Part shown: positions 60,300 through 64,000 of the stretch, one piece after another
Layout of the letters: every line of letters begins with the position of its first letter
Position numbering within the stretch: the stretch's first letter is position 1
Assembly (NCBI GenBank): GCA_965228895.1
Contig: OZ245842.1
Coordinates: forward strand, 864,001 to 928,000
Length of the DNA: 64,000 nucleotides
Origin: Alphaproteobacteria bacterium
Lineage (GTDB): Bacteria; Pseudomonadota; Alphaproteobacteria; SP197
Reading direction: 5' to 3'
Notes under the pieces: model-generated
What the model was told of the DNA's origin: nothing
Seen by the model: the letters and a program-made list of their open reading frames with translations, nothing else
Database searches by the model: none
Program-made: the position numbers and the translations under genes

Positions 60300-60773
60300 G
60301 GGTTGCGCCAAGCCTAGCGCAGCAACCTGATGTGTTCTACCGCTCCCCTCTCGGATGATCCCACAACGCCTCTGCATCCCCGTGCAAGGGTTTGAGGCAA
60401 AGGACAACGCAACCACCAAGTCAGAGCCTTGCTGATTCTAAGGGTCTGACATGCGCTGCTGAGTCTGATCTCGCGGCGCGTTGAATGAACCCACGAGCAT
60501 TGCGCTCCTGCCCCTGCTCCTCATCTTGCACCTGAGTCACTGCCATCAGCCAGTCGTTCACGCGCGCCCTAAGCTTTTTCTGCACCTCGGGTGTCGGACC
60601 ACCCAGCATGATGACGCGGAACGATTTTCCATCCTATATGGCACCACGTATGAGCCGCATGGCGTGTCGGCTAGAAAAATCTCTGGACGCACCCTGAGTT
60701 TGTTCTATCTATGTTCCTTCATGGAGATGGAGGGGCTTCATGCAATCTGAGCAGTCAAACTGTCGGAGGAAGC

Positions 60774-60986
60774 ATGGAGTTTCTATCGAGTGGACTGTCC
60801 CTAGTCGCGGAACACGTCGACGCGGCCATTCCTGCACTGGCTACTGTTGCCGGGGTCTGGCTTGCCGAGCGGATTCGGTCAAAGAGGCGGAAGACTTTGA
60901 GTGACGCTTGCCAGCAGAGCGTCAACGTTAACGTGGAACTGAACATTAGCAGGAACGCCGACGAGGCGGATGACTTGCGCGATTAA
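60774..60986 (+). CDS. small single-TM hypothetical protein
   Basis: GGAGG RBS, one hydrophobic helix. Confidence 0.45.
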   Translation: MEFLSSGLSLVAEHVDAAIPALATVAGVWLAERIRSKRRKTLSDACQQSVNVNVELNISRNADEADDLRD

Positions 60987-61061
60987 GCAACCAGCCTGAT
61001 TACTCCTCGCGGCGATGTAGGCTGGCCTACTGCCAATCTCGTCATCCGCTGGGGAAACTCG

Positions 61062-62258
61062 ATGCCGCATACCTTCACCCGCGAAGAGCTCTACGAACTC
61101 GTTTGGTCCAAGCCGATAAGCAAGCTTGCAGGAGAGTTCGGCCTTTCAGATGTTGGGTTGGCCAAGGCCTGCAAGAAGGCAAACATTCCAAGACCGCCAC
61201 GCGGCTACTGGGCTAAGCTTGCCGCTGGGAAGAAGGTGTTTCGCCACGAGTTGCCTATGCGTGGACCCGGCATGTCCGATGAGGTGTTCATCGGTCGTCG
61301 GGCCGACCGGTACCGTTCCTACTGGACAAACAAGGAGATCCTAGACTCCGAGCCTGAACCACCCGTCTTTGAGGGCAGCATCGCTGATGTGGCAATGCGC
61401 GTCAAAGATATGGTCCGACGTGTCAGTGTTCCTCGTCTGCCAGATAAGGCACATCCTCAGATTCGCCGTCTACTTGAAGAGGAAGAAGAGCGTCGTCAGA
61501 AACAGGCAGCGTCCACCTATGCGTATGGCTGGGACAAACCGATCTTCGACGACAAGTTTGAAAGGCGCCGGTTGCGCGTTCTCAATGCCATTGTAACGGC
61601 TCTTCAACGGGCGGGTATGAGGCCATCTGTCAGAGGCCGAGAGGGTCGGGAGCTAGGCGTTGAAGTCAACGACACATACGTTTCTTACACGTTGGACTCG
61701 ACGAGCCAGAAACTCAATGAACACTATCGCACACCGATCGAAACGCGCGGACCGTCGAACAAACTACGGTTAGTGATTAAGCGAGTTGAACCGTCTTCTG
61801 GCATCCAATCCGATTGGGAAGACACGAATGAATTCAAACTAGAGAAACAGCTGACAGAGATCGTCTGTGCGCTGATTCTTACTGGTGAGCAATTCTACCG
61901 TGAAAGTAGGCAGTACAAGTATGAGCGGCTTGTTGAGCGCAAAGCAGAGCTGATCGAAGAGCTGCGACGCCAGAAGGAAGAAGCCGAGCGCAAGGAACGC
62001 GAACGGATTGCTGCTCTGGAGAGGGCCCGTCTGGAGAAGCTTCGTGCTGATGCAAGAGATCTCAGAGAAGCAGAGAACATTCGAAGGTTTGTGGCCGAGG
62101 TGTTGGCACTTGGAGGTAAGAGTGAGATACCGGTCAGAGCTGAGAATCTAGAGTCGTGGCGAATGTGGGCTCTTGCGCAGGCAGACAAGGTTGATCCCAT
62201 ACGATCTGGACGCTTCATCGAAGGCATACACGATGAAGCAGTCGATCGTGATTCCTAG
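61062..62258 (+). CDS. conserved mobile-element hypothetical protein with N-terminal HTH-like domain
   Basis: TREELYELVWSKP..LA..GLSDVGLAKACKK..IPRPPRGYWAK; C-terminal coiled coil and WALAQADKVDP. Confidence 0.75.
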   Translation: MPHTFTREELYELVWSKPISKLAGEFGLSDVGLAKACKKANIPRPPRGYWAKLAAGKKVFRHELPMRGPGMSDEVFIGRRADRYRSYWTNKEILDSEPEPPVFEGSIADVAMRVKDMVRRVSVPRLPDKAHPQIRRLLEEEEERRQKQAASTYAYGWDKPIFDDKFERRRLRVLNAIVTALQRAGMRPSVRGREGRELGVEVNDTYVSYTLDSTSQKLNEHYRTPIETRGPSNKLRLVIKRVEPSSGIQSDWEDTNEFKLEKQLTEIVCALILTGEQFYRESRQYKYERLVERKAELIEELRRQKEEAERKERERIAALERARLEKLRADARDLREAENIRRFVAEVLALGGKSEIPVRAENLESWRMWALAQADKVDPIRSGRFIEGIHDEAVDRDS

Positions 62259-62303
62259 ATCGCAAGGCAGAAATCAGAGACGTGATCGATTATTGTGGAT
62301 GCA

Positions 62304-64000
62304 ATGCATGAGATCACGTTCAAGCCAGCTCCGCTCGCTAAGCTCTTACGTTTCTCTAGTGACTGGAGAGAGGTGCGTATTACCAGCGAAGGAATTCATG
62401 TGCGGACTCGTCGCTCAACAGTCACTACGCTGTTCTCGCAGATAACGCGCATTCGGAGACGCTATTCATTCCCCTTCGCAAAAGTGGAGCTTATCACCAC
62501 GACCGAAGAGAGGGTGATACTAGGTGGCATAAGACCCAAAGATGCGACTCTTCTGTCGTCCCAACTTCGCGAGTTCTTCAAACGCTACGCGAGTTCGTAT
62601 CTGTCACAATGTGCGACTCAGATTCGGGCGACCCGAAAGGCGATTGATGACGTCCTTAGCACACAACAGTACGTTGCAGCCTCTCAAGCGAACCGTTTGG
62701 TCGAAGCTTGCCGTCAGCACGCCTTTCTCCTGAATTCGGACCTTCCTGACGAAGTCTTGGGCCATGCCGAGGCTGACCTCGACGTCATGTCTGATTTCTT
62801 TCGTCATTCGGATCGGCTACGGAACGCAGCCAATGAGCGCTTTCTGGACGTTGAGGCAGAGTCGTGCGCCAGCCTTTTCGATCGGGTCGAATCATTGCCG
62901 CTGACTAACGATCAACGGCGTGCCGCGCTCACGGCTGAAGACAATACTCTAGTCGTCGCGGGTGCAGGCTCTGGAAAGACGAGTGTCATCGTTGCAAAGG
63001 TTGCCTATCAGCTACATCGCGGACTGCTTCGACCCGAGGAGATTCTCGCACTGGCGTTCTCCAGGGAAGCCAAGAACGAACTCGAGCAACGCTTCAAGCG
63101 TCGACTAGGTAAGTCCATTCAGGCAAGCACGTTCCATGCCCTTGGACTTGGTATCATCTCCCAAGCCGAGGCTAGAAAGCCAGACGTATCGGTCTTGGCG
63201 ACGGACCAAGCCAAGCTACTTCGGTTTATTCAGGACGCAATAGAACGAGCCTATCTCGATGATAGAACTTTGAGGAACAAGCTTAATCGTTGGCTCAACA
63301 GACACTTTGCTCCGTACAAGCCGGCATCGGCCTTCAAAGACAAGGTCGACTATTGGGAGTACCTCCGAAATCAAGAGATCAGGTCGTTATCTGGCGCTCT
63401 CGTGAAGAGCTATGAGGAGTGCGAGATCGCCGACTTCCTTTATCTGAATGGCGTTCAGTTTGAGTACGAAGCTCCTTACGAACGAGACACATTCACTGCA
63501 GAAAGGCGACAGTACAAACCCGACTTCAAGATCGGATCATCGGGTCTGTACATTGAGCACTTTGCAATCAACAAGGCTGGTCGGACGCCGGAGTTTATCG
63601 ATCACGAAGAGTACACTGCATCAATGGAGTGGAAACGGCAGATCCACAAAGAGTACGACACCGGCCTCATTGAGACTTACAGCTGGCAACATGCAGACGG
63701 AACTCTCCTTACTGCACTTACAGATGCTCTTCAGAGAGAAGGCATTGAGCTTTGCCCAATTTCACCTGAAGCCGAACTTGCAATGCTCAAACAGTTGGGA
63801 CGTGTCTCCAGGCTCGCATCGTTGGCGGGAACGTTCCTCAGTCATCAAAAGTCGGGTCGTTTGGACCACACGACTCTCGTCGAAAGAGCCAAGGCATCAG
63901 CCGATCAAGCACGGAACCTCGCGTTCTTGGACGTCTATCAGATTGTCCTTGATGCGTACGAAGGAGCATTGGGTTCTGCGCACGAAATCGACTTCAACGA
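62304..64000 (+). CDS. UvrD/helicase IV-like SF1 helicase (partial, runs off the window; absent from the ORF track)
   Basis: Hand translation: LTNDQRRA...VVAGAGSGKT, LAFSREA, STFHALG, plus an inserted KSYEE..IA..YEAPY..YKPDF..YIEHF segment. Confidence 0.85.
   Translation, partial: MHEITFKPAPLAKLLRFSSDWREVRITSEGIHVRTRRSTVTTLFSQITRIRRRYSFPFAKVELITTTEERVILGGIRPKDATLLSSQLREFFKRYASSYLSQCATQIRATRKAIDDVLSTQQYVAASQANRLVEACRQHAFLLNSDLPDEVLGHAEADLDVMSDFFRHSDRLRNAANERFLDVEAESCASLFDRVESLPLTNDQRRAALTAEDNTLVVAGAGSGKTSVIVAKVAYQLHRGLLRPEEILALAFSREAKNELEQRFKRRLGKSIQASTFHALGLGIISQAEARKPDVSVLATDQAKLLRFIQDAIERAYLDDRTLRNKLNRWLNRHFAPYKPASAFKDKVDYWEYLRNQEIRSLSGALVKSYEECEIADFLYLNGVQFEYEAPYERDTFTAERRQYKPDFKIGSSGLYIEHFAINKAGRTPEFIDHEEYTASMEWKRQIHKEYDTGLIETYSWQHADGTLLTALTDALQREGIELCPISPEAELAMLKQLGRVSRLASLAGTFLSHQKSGRLDHTTLVERAKASADQARNLAFLDVYQIVLDAYEGALGSAHEIDFN

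Larger units (their letters stand above)
11635..64000. mobile_element. tRNA-Ser-associated genomic (defence) island; right end beyond the window
   Basis: Housekeeping synteny ends abruptly at the tRNA. Adjacent serine recombinase/DUF2924/DUF3489 module, visibly lower GC, R-M and nuclease cargo, IS remnants. Confidence 0.85.

Noticed and set aside
11635-64000. Prophage or conjugative element
   Set aside because: No structural, terminase, relaxase or T4SS genes recognised.

Overview
Alphaproteobacterial chromosome segment (Rhodospirillales-like gene order; GC-rich core by eye). Bases 1-11.3 kb are minus-strand housekeeping genes: rplU-rpmA-VOC-obgE-proB-proA-nadD-rsfS-rlmH-gpmI-envC-ctpA. A tRNA-Ser(CGA) at 11546-11634 is followed by a >52 kb genomic island that runs off the right edge. 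The island starts with a large serine recombinase/DUF2924/DUF3489 module and is mostly defence-type cargo: two diverged copies of an Mrr-like nuclease module, a type I R-M system with an ABC-ATPase/PLD-like pair appended and a degenerate RtcR-like regulator in front, McrBC, a C-protein with its C-box ahead of two methyltransferase-less nucleases, several helicases and nucleases, and IS remnants. The best candidate new system is a tightly coupled five-gene operon at 22929-28105: XRE repressor, Cas4-like 4-Cys PD-(D/E)XK nuclease, long prokaryotic Argonaute with an apparently intact DEDD tetrad, a small helical protein and an HExxH metallopeptidase-like protein. It has a putative leaderless sigma70 promoter containing a palindromic operator. 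A second unexplained five-gene operon at 17752-22365 encodes a lipoprotein, a small protein, an orphan HlyD-like protein, an FN3-like protein and a glycine-zipper CFI-box-CTERM protein. All family calls come from motif recognition by eye, not database searches.
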